Assembly: GCA_027007005.1 (NCBI GenBank)
Contig: JALTFO010000024.1
Location: forward strand, 6,619 to 70,618
DNA length: 64,000 nucleotides
Source: Candidatus Bipolaricaulota bacterium
GTDB taxonomy: Bacteria; Bipolaricaulota; Bipolaricaulia; UBA7950; UBA9294
Reading direction: 5' to 3'
The notes below the pieces were generated by a model. The model ran no database searches, was not told where the DNA came from, and saw only the letters and a program-made list of their open reading frames with translations. The position numbers were made by a program, and so were the translations under genes. Numbering within the stretch: position 1 is the stretch's first letter; each line of letters starts with the position of its first letter. Positions 55,119 through 64,000 of this stretch are shown in pieces.

Positions 55119-56725
55119 GCTGCCCCCTCCTTTACGGCCACGCCGCCCATGAGCATACCGATCGTCTCGCGATCGAGATCACTTGGTGAGGCAATGGTCA
55201 TGAAACGTCCTTCATACATGATGGCAATCCGATCGGACAGCGCCAGCACCTCGTCCAGATCCGCAGACACGAGTAATATGGCACGCCCCTTGTTCCTCAT
55301 CTCCACTAACAAATCGCGGATGTACTTTGCCGCTCCGATGTCAAGTCCGCGAGTTGGTTGAGAAGCAACAACTATGTGTGGGTCCTTGGCCAGTTCCCTT
55401 CCTACGATGAGCTTCTGTTGGTTCCCTCCAGAGAGGCTCTTTGCCGGAGCGTTAGGGCCAGCAGCCCTAATTTCGAATCGATCCATCAGCTCACGCACGT
55501 GTTGATTGATCTTTCCCCAACGCAGGAATGACATCGGCCCACGGAACTCCTCCCAGCGTTGCACTCCAAGGATCGCGTTCTCGGCGAGGGTAAATGGCAG
55601 TACAAGGCCTAACCGCCACCGATCTTCGGGGATGTGCGCAACGCCCATCATATAGATCTCTCGCGGGTCAAGGCCGAGGATGTTCTTGCCGTTGATCGAC
55701 GCGCTCCCGCTTTCTGCGTGGCGCAACCCGGTCAGCGCTTCCACCAGTTCCGATTGGCCGTTCCCCTCAACGCCAGCGACCCCAAATATCTCTCCGCCGT
55801 AGACTTCAAAGGACAAGTCTTCCACAGCTATTTCGCCGGTGTTCCCCTTGACAGTGAGGCCATCAACCACAAGTACTGGCTGCTTGGTGCGAACGTTCGC
55901 CCGTGTCCTCTTGCCAGCGGGAAGCCCCTTATCCTGTAATTCCACGGCGCTGCTCGCCTCTTCAAGAGCTTTACCGACCATCAACTGTGCGAGTTGTTCA
56001 GTGGATGCTTGTGCAGTCGGCACGTCTCCCACCATCTCACCGTGCCTGAGGACGACGACGCGGTCAGTGACCGAGCCGACCTCTTTTAGCTTGTGGGTGA
56101 TGAGGATGATCGACTTGCCCTCTGCTTTGAGTCTTCGCAACAGTGAGAAAAGCTCGTCCACTTCAAGCGGTGTTAGCACCGATGTTGGTTCATCCAAAAT
56201 TAGGAGATCGACGTCACGCGAGAGGACTTTCAATATCTCCACGCGCTGTTGCTCCCCCACAGCTAGTTTCTCCACCGGTACATCAAGCGGTACATGCAGG
56301 CCGCTTTCGTCCATCAGTTCCTGCAGTTTCTTCTTCGTCGTCGTGAGTTGGATTGGGCTGAACGGATGGTCATGGCTGAGTGCGACGTTCTCTGCAGCAT
56401 TGAACGTTCCGACCAGGGCGAAGTGCTGGTATACCATGCCGATGCCAAAACTGAGCGCCTCTCGCGGGCTCTTGAAACGCACCGGGCCACGTGGTGAAAT
56501 GACACGCCCCTTTGTCGGCGGAAGGAGTCCGGAAAGAATCTTTGTGAAAGTTGTCTTCCCTGCGCCATTTTCTCCCAATAGGCCAATTATCTCCCCGCGA
56601 TGGATCTCGAGATCAGCCTCTTTCAATGCCACTGTTCCGTTGGAGTAGACCTTGGTGATCCCTTCTGCACGCAGGTAGTAATCTGGAGCGGACTTGCTTT
56701 TCGTCAAACGATCTTCTTCTGTCAT
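55115..56725 (-). CDS. Tandem-NBD ABC transporter ATPase (RbsA/YufO-like)
   Basis: It has two nucleotide-binding domains (GENGAGKTT / GVEGNGQSE Walker A motifs and two signature motifs). The ATG at 56725 has an AGGAG ribosome-binding site, so the longer ORF start at 56803 is less likely. Confidence 0.9.
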   Translation of the reverse strand: MTEEDRLTKSKSAPDYYLRAEGITKVYSNGTVALKEADLEIHRGEIIGLLGENGAGKTTFTKILSGLLPPTKGRVISPRGPVRFKSPREALSFGIGMVYQHFALVGTFNAAENVALSHDHPFSPIQLTTTKKKLQELMDESGLHVPLDVPVEKLAVGEQQRVEILKVLSRDVDLLILDEPTSVLTPLEVDELFSLLRRLKAEGKSIILITHKLKEVGSVTDRVVVLRHGEMVGDVPTAQASTEQLAQLMVGKALEEASSAVELQDKGLPAGKRTRANVRTKQPVLVVDGLTVKGNTGEIAVEDLSFEVYGGEIFGVAGVEGNGQSELVEALTGLRHAESGSASINGKNILGLDPREIYMMGVAHIPEDRWRLGLVLPFTLAENAILGVQRWEEFRGPMSFLRWGKINQHVRELMDRFEIRAAGPNAPAKSLSGGNQQKLIVGRELAKDPHIVVASQPTRGLDIGAAKYIRDLLVEMRNKGRAILLVSADLDEVLALSDRIAIMYEGRFMTIASPSDLDRETIGMLMGGVAVKEGAA

Positions 56726-56817
56726 AAGGTGCTCCTGTGCTGACTGCAGCAAGGTAGGAAAAAGGGAGAGAGGAGAGTGTCCTCCCTCCCTTGTCTTAGT
56801 CAATGCTGAGTCATACT

Positions 56818-57984
56818 CTACGGCGCACCAAGGGTGTACTGCGCGCGTATCGCCTTCATCTCATCACCGGTATTCGCTGTCGGGACGACGATCTTCCCGG
56901 ACAGAATACCGGCGTTCAACTCGTCAACAGCGTCCCAGATGTAGGCAGGAACCGTTGCTCGGTCCTGCGCCCAGTTGGCGATGATGTTGTAGAAGTCATC
57001 AGCCTTAACGGCTCCACCGGCGATACCAAAATCGATGAAGTCAGCAAGCTGTGAGATTCCGCTGATCGCCACTCCGTCTTCCTTCAGACCAAGGCTAACG
57101 ACACCGCCCTTAAACGTGCCGTCAACAACAGACTTTACTGCAGAATAGCAGGCGTTGTCGACGCGCTTCATACCACTAGCAAGACCGTGATAACCGTTAC
57201 CCATCCAGTCCTGATCGGAGTCGACACCAAAGTAGTAGGGAGGGCCAAAGGTTGTCCCGGCGTTGGTGTGCGCCTCTGTAATTGCTTGGAGGTCTCCTAC
57301 GCCGAGCGGGCCAGCAACGTTATACACACCAACAGCACCCTGGGCAAGCATCGCCTCTGTGGCGGCTTTGCCCTGAGCGATGTCATCGAACGTCCCTGTG
57401 TAGGTGTAAAGGAGCCCGACATCCGGGGTCTTCCCTGTCACTTCTGCGTACTTCTTTAGTCCCCAATCCATGCCGAAGCGGAATCCTGCTTCAAAGTGGT
57501 ACAGAACAGGGATCTCGATGCCGAGGACTATTCCAGCATACTTGTAGCCTTTCTCAGCCGCGGTCATCGCTGCCAACGCACCGATGAGTGCAGACTGCTC
57601 GTTCTCGCGGAAGACGATGCTCATCACGTTCGGTTCATCCACAACCGAGTCGATGATCGCGAACTTCTGATTCGGGAACTCTGTAGCGGCTGACTTTAGG
57701 GCATCACCAAGCAGGAAACCAACGCAGAGGATAAGGTCATAGTTTCCAGAGCGGGCCATGTTCCTAATATTCGGCAGGTAGTCGGCTGCAGTTGAACTCT
57801 GCGCGACATCCATCTCCAGACCGAAGTCCTTTGCTGCCTGATCTGTTCCTTTGAAGCCCATGTCGTTGAACGAGAGGTCTCCCCGTCCACCGACGTCAAG
57901 TACGATACCGACCTTTGCTTTTGCTAGTCCGGCCAGGGATACCCCCAACACAAGAACCAGCAATAGGGCTAGCACTTTCTTCAC
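56818..57984 (-). CDS. BMP-family (PnrA/Med-like) substrate-binding protein
   Basis: The GTG at 57984 lies 5 nt after AAGGAGG. It has a signal peptide (VKKVLALLLVLVLGVSLAGLAKA) and the BMP pattern VGIVLDVGGRGDLSFND. An alternative ATG is at 58002. Confidence 0.85.
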   Translation of the reverse strand: MKKVLALLLVLVLGVSLAGLAKAKVGIVLDVGGRGDLSFNDMGFKGTDQAAKDFGLEMDVAQSSTAADYLPNIRNMARSGNYDLILCVGFLLGDALKSAATEFPNQKFAIIDSVVDEPNVMSIVFRENEQSALIGALAAMTAAEKGYKYAGIVLGIEIPVLYHFEAGFRFGMDWGLKKYAEVTGKTPDVGLLYTYTGTFDDIAQGKAATEAMLAQGAVGVYNVAGPLGVGDLQAITEAHTNAGTTFGPPYYFGVDSDQDWMGNGYHGLASGMKRVDNACYSAVKSVVDGTFKGGVVSLGLKEDGVAISGISQLADFIDFGIAGGAVKADDFYNIIANWAQDRATVPAYIWDAVDELNAGILSGKIVVPTANTGDEMKAIRAQYTLGAP

Positions 57985-58128
57985 GAACGCCTCCTTTTCC
58001 ATTTTCGGTGTTGGACCATCCAACACCATGTCCACAATCACTATTCTACACGCCGATCCACACAAAACAAAACGCACAGCAGTAGATCGCTCTCTGGCCC
58101 GTTGCCTGCAGGATCCTCCCATTTGTGA

Positions 58129-59226
58129 GTGCGCCGAATGTTGTGTACCCTAGTCCGTGCAATGATAGGCATTAGCTGGTTGGATTACTTGTTGATGGGT
58201 AATGAAGTCTGGCGCTATGGCGCAGTTATCCTTCTGTTCCTCGCCTGTTTTCTTCTCTACCGCCTTGTGCGGGCAATCTTCCTACGGATAAGCGCTCGTT
58301 CGGATGACAAGAATCGTGGACAGGGGACGTTTAACGCTATTCTAGGCATGTTGCGTGGTGGCCTTCCGGTGCTTGCTGTGTGGATCTCCATCTACCTGTT
58401 TCGCATTCCAGAGTCGGTAAAGACGATCATCGGCCGCTTTTTCTTAGGGATATTCACCCTGCTTGTTATCTACCTATTGGCAAGAGCAGTCGACGCAATG
58501 GTCGCTATTCTCAAGGTGCGTGCAGCAAAGACCGCATCGCCGCTCGATGATCAACTCGTCCCTCTGAGTGGGAAGATTCTCAAGGGGTTTATCTGGGGGA
58601 TAGGCCTCCTCCTCTTTCTCCAGAACGTCCTTAATTACAATATCTCTAGTCTGATCGCCGGATTAGGGATTGGCGGGGTAGCGGTGGCATTCGCTGCTCA
58701 GGATACGATTGCAAACATCTTTGGCGCGGTGATGATCTTTGTCGATCATCCGTTCAAGGTGGGAGACGCGGTCAGTCTGGAAGGATATGACGGGTCGATC
58801 GAGACGATCGGCCTGCGGTCTACGCGTGTGCGCACGTGGGACGGGACACTCGTCATAATCCCGAATAAGACTGTTGCAGCTGCCAATATCACCAACCTTG
58901 CCGTTCGCCCGACGCGCCGGACAAACTTCACCATTGGTCTCGTGTACAATACGTCTACCGAGAAGCTCGAACGGGCCATCTCCATCCTGCGAGACATCAT
59001 GGCAAAGCACCCTTCAACTGCTCAGTCACGCGCCTACTTCAATCACTTTGGAGACTTCTCTCTTGACATTCTCGTGCAGCATTGGTGTAAAGAGATGAAC
59101 TATGAGATCTACCTGCGCTCAATGGAGGAGATGAACCTGGAGATTAAACGTCAGTTCGAGGAAGAGGGAATCGAGTTTGCCTTCCCAACTCAGACAATCG
59201 AGATGAAAGTCTCACAGGATAAATAA
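58129..59226 (+). CDS. mscS: Small-conductance mechanosensitive channel (MscS family)
   Basis: It has TM helices plus the MscS beta domain (PFKVGDAVSLEGYDGSIETIGLRSTRVRTWDGTLVIIPN). The exact start is uncertain (58129 or 58162). Confidence 0.85.
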   Translation: MRRMLCTLVRAMIGISWLDYLLMGNEVWRYGAVILLFLACFLLYRLVRAIFLRISARSDDKNRGQGTFNAILGMLRGGLPVLAVWISIYLFRIPESVKTIIGRFFLGIFTLLVIYLLARAVDAMVAILKVRAAKTASPLDDQLVPLSGKILKGFIWGIGLLLFLQNVLNYNISSLIAGLGIGGVAVAFAAQDTIANIFGAVMIFVDHPFKVGDAVSLEGYDGSIETIGLRSTRVRTWDGTLVIIPNKTVAAANITNLAVRPTRRTNFTIGLVYNTSTEKLERAISILRDIMAKHPSTAQSRAYFNHFGDFSLDILVQHWCKEMNYEIYLRSMEEMNLEIKRQFEEEGIEFAFPTQTIEMKVSQDK

Positions 59227-60396
59227 CGCAACAACAAGATCCACAGCAAAGGCGATCGTCACCGGTAGCACCATGCGTCGCAGAAACGCAAACATCGGTA
59301 TCGAGAAGTACTCAATGGAGACGGAGACGCACGGGTGTACAGGGCTGATCACGTATCCCAGGTAGATGGAAAAATACGTGACGGCAAAGGCTGGAAGGGA
59401 CATTGCTCCGTGGGCGGTTATGAATATGGGGACGACAATAGCAATCGGCGTTTGAATGCGCCCGGTGATTATCCCTAGCACAAATCCAATCGCGATGCAC
59501 AGTAAGACTGGTGATAGGCCAAGCGAGGCCAGCGTCTGCGGCGAACCAGAAAGCGTGAACACATTCAAGAAGAGAAACATTGCAAGGATGATGAGTGCGT
59601 ACTTCCATGGCCGCATCTTCTTTCCTATTACCAGCAGCTTTCTGCCCCCGATGTGTCCAACTACTATTGCCAGTAGCAAGCTTGCGCTCACCCCAACAGC
59701 AGTACCAATCTCGGGATGAGATAGAGGCAACGTCGACTTCATAACGATGTCGATTACAGGAGCGGAGATGATGATGCCCAGCGGGACAACAAGGCCAGGT
59801 AGCGAAAATCGTCCCTCGTAATTCATCGTTCCCTCAACGTGGCGTAACAGGATGAAGTAGCCGATTACAACCGTGAGTAGAAACGCCGGGAAAAGGAAGA
59901 GTATCGCCTGATACAGCCCGACGGAGGCAATCTTCGCAGAGGCAATGAGTGACGATCCGAGTGGATAGACAAGCAGAAACGCATGCCGAAACCAAACATT
60001 CCCTGCCGCCTTGACATCTGCTGTGATGCCCTCTCCTCCACGCTGGATTAGTGGCGCAGACAGAAGCGCTCCGCCGGGCATGGGGAGCATCCCCAGGAGT
60101 GCTGGGGCAACAGCAAAGAAGGGCCTCTTCCGCATGCGCATATTCGTTACCAACCTGTCCATCTCCCCCGATTCCTCGAGCGCTCCACCAATAAGGGGGA
60201 TGATCCCAACGACAAATGCGATGAGGAGTACAGATGGGTCAGCAAATGTGCGCGTAAGGACTGTTAGCATCTGGCTTGTGCTCAGGGTGAACAGGCCAAG
60301 CACTACAGCAGCCATCGTCATTGCCAGCCAAAGGCTGCGCCGAGAAATATAGAGAAGAGCGACGATCGAGAGGGAGAAACCGGTCCAGATCAACAT
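59212..60396 (-). CDS. DUF401-family polytopic membrane protein (ArsB/NhaD-like permease superfamily)
   Basis: It has about 10-12 TM helices and an N-terminal pattern similar to DUF401 proteins. It overlaps the mscS 3' end by 15 nt in convergent orientation. Confidence 0.55.
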   Translation of the reverse strand: MLIWTGFSLSIVALLYISRRSLWLAMTMAAVVLGLFTLSTSQMLTVLTRTFADPSVLLIAFVVGIIPLIGGALEESGEMDRLVTNMRMRKRPFFAVAPALLGMLPMPGGALLSAPLIQRGGEGITADVKAAGNVWFRHAFLLVYPLGSSLIASAKIASVGLYQAILFLFPAFLLTVVIGYFILLRHVEGTMNYEGRFSLPGLVVPLGIIISAPVIDIVMKSTLPLSHPEIGTAVGVSASLLLAIVVGHIGGRKLLVIGKKMRPWKYALIILAMFLFLNVFTLSGSPQTLASLGLSPVLLCIAIGFVLGIITGRIQTPIAIVVPIFITAHGAMSLPAFAVTYFSIYLGYVISPVHPCVSVSIEYFSIPMFAFLRRMVLPVTIAFAVDLVVALFIL

Positions 60397-60507
60397 ATAT
60401 CCCCTTTTACCGATTGTGCTTAGTACAGGCAGGCTACCTTACTTGATGTTTCTTTGTCAGGCAAGGCCTTGTGCTTACCTGTGAGGTGACGGAGAATACC
60501 AATTGAC

Positions 60508-60891
60508 ATGGATGACTTGAAAAAGGCTATCAAAGAAGTTCTGGTTGACGGGAAGCTCCTGTGCGCAAGGGCATTTGCTGTTGCAGGGAAGATGGGCGTC
60601 GATCCGATCGAAGTCGGTCGCGTGGCGACTGAGCAATCAATCAAAATCTCGCACTGCCAGCTTGGCCTGTTCGGCTACCCTAAGGGCGAGCGCCCAGTGG
60701 AGAAGATGAGAGGGCAAGTGACCGATGAGTTGCGAGAGGCTGTCAGTTCGCGCCTCGTCGATGGACAGCTTCCGTGTGCGGTAGCCTGGCAGATAGCCGC
60801 TGACTTAAAGGTGGCAAAGATGCTGGTATCGGCAACAGCGGAAGAACTCCACATTCGCATCCGTGCCTGTCAACTCGGTTGTTTTAAGTGA
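60508..60891 (+). CDS. Small hypothetical protein made of two homologous ~55-aa Cys-containing units
   Basis: The internal duplication (LVDGxLxCAxA...V...E..I.I..CQLGxF occurring twice) supports a real gene. I recognise no family. Confidence 0.6.
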   Translation: MDDLKKAIKEVLVDGKLLCARAFAVAGKMGVDPIEVGRVATEQSIKISHCQLGLFGYPKGERPVEKMRGQVTDELREAVSSRLVDGQLPCAVAWQIAADLKVAKMLVSATAEELHIRIRACQLGCFK

Positions 60892-60896
60892 CTTCG

Positions 60897-61106
60897 TTAC
60901 CGCGGAGTTGTATCGTTCATGCGCCCTATCCCACCATTGCCGATCGACGCAGCCTGTGAAATCGCTTGGGGCAAGGTCTCAAAGATACAGCAAGCAACCA
61001 GACCCGGGTTCCCAGCAACCTGACTGAGCTTCTTGCACTCATTTAAGGACAAGACAGGCCAGAGTGGTGTGAAGTAGACGACCATAAGCACGTTTGTTCG
61101 TTGCAT
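60897..61106 (-). CDS. Possible small ORF (69 aa), doubtful
   Basis: The ORF has a GAGGG about 4 nt upstream of its ATG and no recognisable family. It fills an otherwise 260-nt gap. Confidence 0.25.
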   Translation of the reverse strand: MQRTNVLMVVYFTPLWPVLSLNECKKLSQVAGNPGLVACCIFETLPQAISQAASIGNGGIGRMNDTTPR

Positions 61107-61153
61107 CGGCCCTCGCCTACTCTTAGAATCACGCTACGTGAGGTGTCCTGCAA

Positions 61154-61711
61154 ATGCCAGAAAAAGTGAAGAGTGAGATGAACAGCCGCATGGAGCAGAC
61201 GACAGAGGTCCTAAAGTCCGCTCTTTCCAAGGTGCAGACCGGGCGTGCTAATCCAGCGATGATCGAGGACGTCAGGATTGACTACTATGGGACCGCTACC
61301 CCGCTGAAGCAGATGGCGACAATAGCAGCTCCGGACGCGAATCTCCTTGTTGTACAGCCTTACGACAAGACGCAGATCGGTGCGGTAGAAAAGGCGATCC
61401 TTGCAGCCGATCTCGGGCTGAATCCGGCAAGCGACGGCAAAGTCATCCGCATCAAGGTGCCTAAGCTCTCCGAGGAGAGACGAACAGAGCTGATGAAGAT
61501 CATCAAAGCCAAGGGAGAAGAGGCCAAGGTCGCCTTGCGCAACGTCCGCCGCGACGCCAACGACAAGCTTGAGAAGATGAAGGACGACGGCGACATCTCC
61601 GAGGACGAGTATCATCGCTACCGCGACAAGACCGACGAGGCTGTCCGTGATTACTCGAAGAAGATTGATGATCTAATCGCTGAGAAGGACAAGCAGCTAC
61701 AGGTCATCTAG
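61154..61711 (+). CDS. frr: Ribosome recycling factor
   Basis: The RRF pattern is canonical (GRANPAMIEDVRIDYYG, PxLxEERR, RNVRRDAND). Confidence 0.95.
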   Translation: MPEKVKSEMNSRMEQTTEVLKSALSKVQTGRANPAMIEDVRIDYYGTATPLKQMATIAAPDANLLVVQPYDKTQIGAVEKAILAADLGLNPASDGKVIRIKVPKLSEERRTELMKIIKAKGEEAKVALRNVRRDANDKLEKMKDDGDISEDEYHRYRDKTDEAVRDYSKKIDDLIAEKDKQLQVI

Positions 61712-61726
61712 TTCTGTACAGGTCAG

Positions 61727-62125
61727 ATGAATAAGGGAAAGAAAATCGATTTTATTAGTCTGTTTAGGCTGCCCAGTTTTCTTCTCGTCACTTCAGTCGC
61801 GGGAATTGTGCTCGGTTCCCTCGGATTTGGGATGGCAGCCATTGGACTTCTCATCGGAGCATTTCTCTATATTGTCAACCTCTTCTTCTTGTACGAAGGA
61901 GGAAAGTCACTCCTTTCCTCCGAGTCACGCCGCAACAGTAAGATGATCGCCATGATGTCCAGTTTGGGGAGGATGCTCTTTCTTGCAGTCGCGCTGGCGT
62001 TCGTGATCCACATCGGCCTTGTGGCCTTCTTTGCCGCCTGTGGCGGGTTGTTGGCAGGACAGGTAAACTTGCAGCTAGTACTTCTCATAGAAGGGAGGAT
62101 TGGGAGAAGATGTTCGGGCCTCTAG
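61727..62125 (+). CDS. atpI: ATP synthase protein I-like small membrane protein
   Basis: This 132-aa protein has about 4 TM helices and lies immediately upstream of, and overlapping, atpB. Confidence 0.5.
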   Translation: MNKGKKIDFISLFRLPSFLLVTSVAGIVLGSLGFGMAAIGLLIGAFLYIVNLFFLYEGGKSLLSSESRRNSKMIAMMSSLGRMLFLAVALAFVIHIGLVAFFAACGGLLAGQVNLQLVLLIEGRIGRRCSGL

Positions 62126-62808
62126 GGCATAAACTCATAGCGCATGTTTCGATCGGAGGGTTTCCGATAAGCTTTGATCTGATCACGATCATCATGAGTT
62201 GGATCGTCATTGCCTTGCTGGTAGCCCTCGCCCTCATACTTCGTCGAAGCCTGCGCCAGGACGTGGATGAGAAGCCAAACCGCGTGCAAGCGCTGCTCGA
62301 TGTGTTGATTGATCTCATAAGGAGCCAGTTGACATCGAACTTCTCATCGAGCAGGTTGGCCGAGGAACTCTTCCCCTTCGTCGCCACTCTGTTCATGTTT
62401 GTTCTGCTGAGCAACTGGCTCTCTATCATCCCCTTGTTGCAATCACCGACGAGAGACCTGAACGTCACTTTCAGCTTTGGGCTGCTTGTCTTTTTCATGT
62501 CGCAGTTCTTCGCTATCAGGAAGAAGGGACTCGGCAAGTACTTGAAGGGCTTTATCGAGCCATATCCGCTGCTGCTCCCTTTGAACATCGTTGGAGAGAT
62601 GGCAAAGCCGCTCTCGCACTCGTTTCGTCTCTTTGGGAACATGTTCGGTGGGGCGATCATGCTTTCAATTATCTACTCATTTACCTTCTTGTCAGTCGGA
62701 TTTCCCTTGATAGTGACCGCCTTCTATGGGATATTTGAAGGGATGATCCAGGCATTCGTGTTTAGTATCCTTGCTGTTGCTTATATCAATGTAGCTGTAG
62801 AGAGTTAG
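62110..62808 (+). CDS. atpB: F-type ATP synthase subunit a
   Basis: It has the conserved Arg region (LSHSFRLFGNMFGG) and a polytopic topology. Confidence 0.9.
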   Translation: MFGPLGHKLIAHVSIGGFPISFDLITIIMSWIVIALLVALALILRRSLRQDVDEKPNRVQALLDVLIDLIRSQLTSNFSSSRLAEELFPFVATLFMFVLLSNWLSIIPLLQSPTRDLNVTFSFGLLVFFMSQFFAIRKKGLGKYLKGFIEPYPLLLPLNIVGEMAKPLSHSFRLFGNMFGGAIMLSIIYSFTFLSVGFPLIVTAFYGIFEGMIQAFVFSILAVAYINVAVES

Positions 62809-62820
62809 AAAGGAGGAGAT

Positions 62821-63096
62821 ATGCTTCAAGAAGCACAAAACGTTGTAAGTCAGATTTCCGGGGCAGACATCGCCAATGCGGCCAAGTACCTTGGTGCTGG
62901 TATCTGCATGGGGATCGGAGCAATCGGATCCGGAATCGGTGAAGGGATCACCGCTGCGCACACCGTGGACGCAATGGCTCGCCAGCCAGAGATGGAAGGG
63001 GCGCTTCTGCGAACGATGGTTCTGGGACAGGCAATCGCCGAGTCGACCGGTATCTATTCGCTTCTGATAGCGATTGTTCTGCTGTTCGTAATCTAG
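62821..63096 (+). CDS. atpE: F-type ATP synthase subunit c
   Basis: It forms a two-helix hairpin with a GxGxGxG helix 1 (GIGAIGSGIGEG), the loop ARQPE, and a carboxylate in helix 2 (AIAESTGIY). Confidence 0.9.
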   Translation: MLQEAQNVVSQISGADIANAAKYLGAGICMGIGAIGSGIGEGITAAHTVDAMARQPEMEGALLRTMVLGQAIAESTGIYSLLIAIVLLFVI

Positions 63097-63105
63097 GAGG
63101 GTAGA

Positions 63106-63630
63106 GTGCATCTCGAGTGGGGGACAGTCGTCAAGACCCTCAACTGGACGTTCATTGCGAACCTCATAAACTTCGCGATCCTGCTCTACCTGCTGAAGCG
63201 CTTCCTGTACAAGCCGGCGCTAGATTATCTCGACCGCCGCCGCGAGCGGATCGCTTCCCAAATGGAGGCGGCGCGCAAGAGTGAGGAGAAAGCAGAGGAA
63301 CTTGCCACAGCGCGTGAACAGGAGCTTTCTGCAGCGCGCGAACAAGCAAATCGCACGCTGGAGGACGCACGCGCACGTGCTGAGGAGATAGTTGGTGATT
63401 CCAAAGGAACAGCACGGCAAGAGGCTGAGCGGATCATTGCCGATGCGAAACGCCAAATCGAGCAGGAGCGTGAACAGATGAAAGAGGATCTGCGTCGATC
63501 CTACGCCGAGATCGCTGTCCTTGGAGCGTCGCGCGTTCTGAGCCGCGAGGTGAAGCGAGAAGATCACGAACGGCTCCTAAACGAGCTTCTTTCCGAGGTC
63601 GATGACGATGCACTGAGGATGCGGCAATGA
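63106..63630 (+). CDS. atpF: F-type ATP synthase subunit b
   Basis: It has an N-terminal TM helix followed by a long charged helix (RRERI...AE..A). The start codon is GTG. Confidence 0.85.
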   Translation: MHLEWGTVVKTLNWTFIANLINFAILLYLLKRFLYKPALDYLDRRRERIASQMEAARKSEEKAEELATAREQELSAAREQANRTLEDARARAEEIVGDSKGTARQEAERIIADAKRQIEQEREQMKEDLRRSYAEIAVLGASRVLSREVKREDHERLLNELLSEVDDDALRMRQ

Positions 63631-64000
63631 AATCGCAGGAGATCGCACGTCGCTATGCCGAAGCACTGTACACGCTGGCTGTAGAAGAGGATTGCGTGGA
63701 GGCGATCGACAACGACTACCATGGTGTCGTCCAAGAGATCAAAGATCTGCCGGACGTCCTTCGCTTCCTGACACATCCTCTTGTTGAGCGGAACGCAAAG
63801 GTCACTTTCCTTAGGGAAGCTTTCCCGGGCATCTCGGAATACCTGCACAATCTGTTTGCTATACTCGTGAGAAACGGCCGTGAGGGCTACATCGACATAA
63901 TCTACGACGAGTTTGAAGGCATGCGCGGCAGTGCAGAGGGAATTGCTTTGGTGCAGGTAACAACGGCACAGAGGCTCACCGCCAAGGATCGGAAACGCCT
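63627..64000 (+). CDS. atpH: F-type ATP synthase subunit delta (3' end cut by the window edge)
   Basis: The ATG overlaps the atpF TGA (ATGA), and the frame stays open to the window end. The N-terminus IARRYAEALY is typical of delta/OSCP. Confidence 0.8.
   Translation, partial: MKSQEIARRYAEALYTLAVEEDCVEAIDNDYHGVVQEIKDLPDVLRFLTHPLVERNAKVTFLREAFPGISEYLHNLFAILVRNGREGYIDIIYDEFEGMRGSAEGIALVQVTTAQRLTAKDRKR

Noticed and set aside
55839-56648. A 269-aa plus-strand ORF antisense to the tandem-NBD ABC ATPase
   Set aside because: It gives a Ser/Thr/Arg-rich translation without motifs, while the opposite strand encodes complete Walker and signature motifs.

Overview
This 64 kb window looks like core chromosome from a diderm (LPS-transporting), hopanoid-producing, moderately GC-rich bacterium. 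I cannot name the taxon from sequence alone. I found no transposase, integrase, CRISPR array or prophage-like genes. From left to right the window contains:
- The 3' part of ATP-citrate lyase alpha (aclA), truncated by the window edge, followed by a trans-sulfuration PLP enzyme, a TPR protein, rnhA and a 2-hydroxyacid dehydrogenase.
- A CIRCE-controlled hrcA-grpE-dnaK-dnaJ operon.
- A minus-strand secG-oppD-oppF-rdgB unit.
- An envelope block: pyrG, an LptC/LptA-like gene, lptB, lgt and lnt.
- An ECF sigma/anti-sigma operon encoding a large DUF4384-PEGA-PKD surface protein with near-identical tandem DNA repeats, plus a divergent PKD/TolB-like lipoprotein.
- An orphan 450-aa protein placed 2 nt upstream of a stand-alone mraY.
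- tRNA-Leu(CAG), a C-N hydrolase, a Crp/Fnr regulator and a PAS histidine kinase with a receiver protein.
- A run of DUF3467, a NarX-type kinase and two NarL-type regulators. This leads by overlapping start/stop codons into an isoprenoid/hopanoid operon: polyprenyl synthase, hpnH, hpnG, ispG, shc, ispH, yjbQ, hpnC, hpnD, hpnE.
- Two minus-strand ABC importers. One is phnDCEE, in which both permeases carry N-terminal RDD-like domains. The other is a BMP-family nucleoside/sugar type.
- mscS, a DUF401 permease, a small internally duplicated Cys-motif protein, frr, and the start of the F-type ATP synthase operon (atpI-B-E-F-H, with atpH truncated by the window edge).

The items I think most deserve a second look are:
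- The response-regulator-coupled hopanoid operon with yjbQ embedded in it.
- The RDD-PhnE fusions.
- The orphan coiled-coil protein with a degenerate nuclease-like C-terminus linked to mraY.
- The ECF / CBM48-like anti-sigma / PKD surface module.
- The duplicated CQLG-motif protein.

All family assignments come from reading motifs in the supplied translations. No database search was run.
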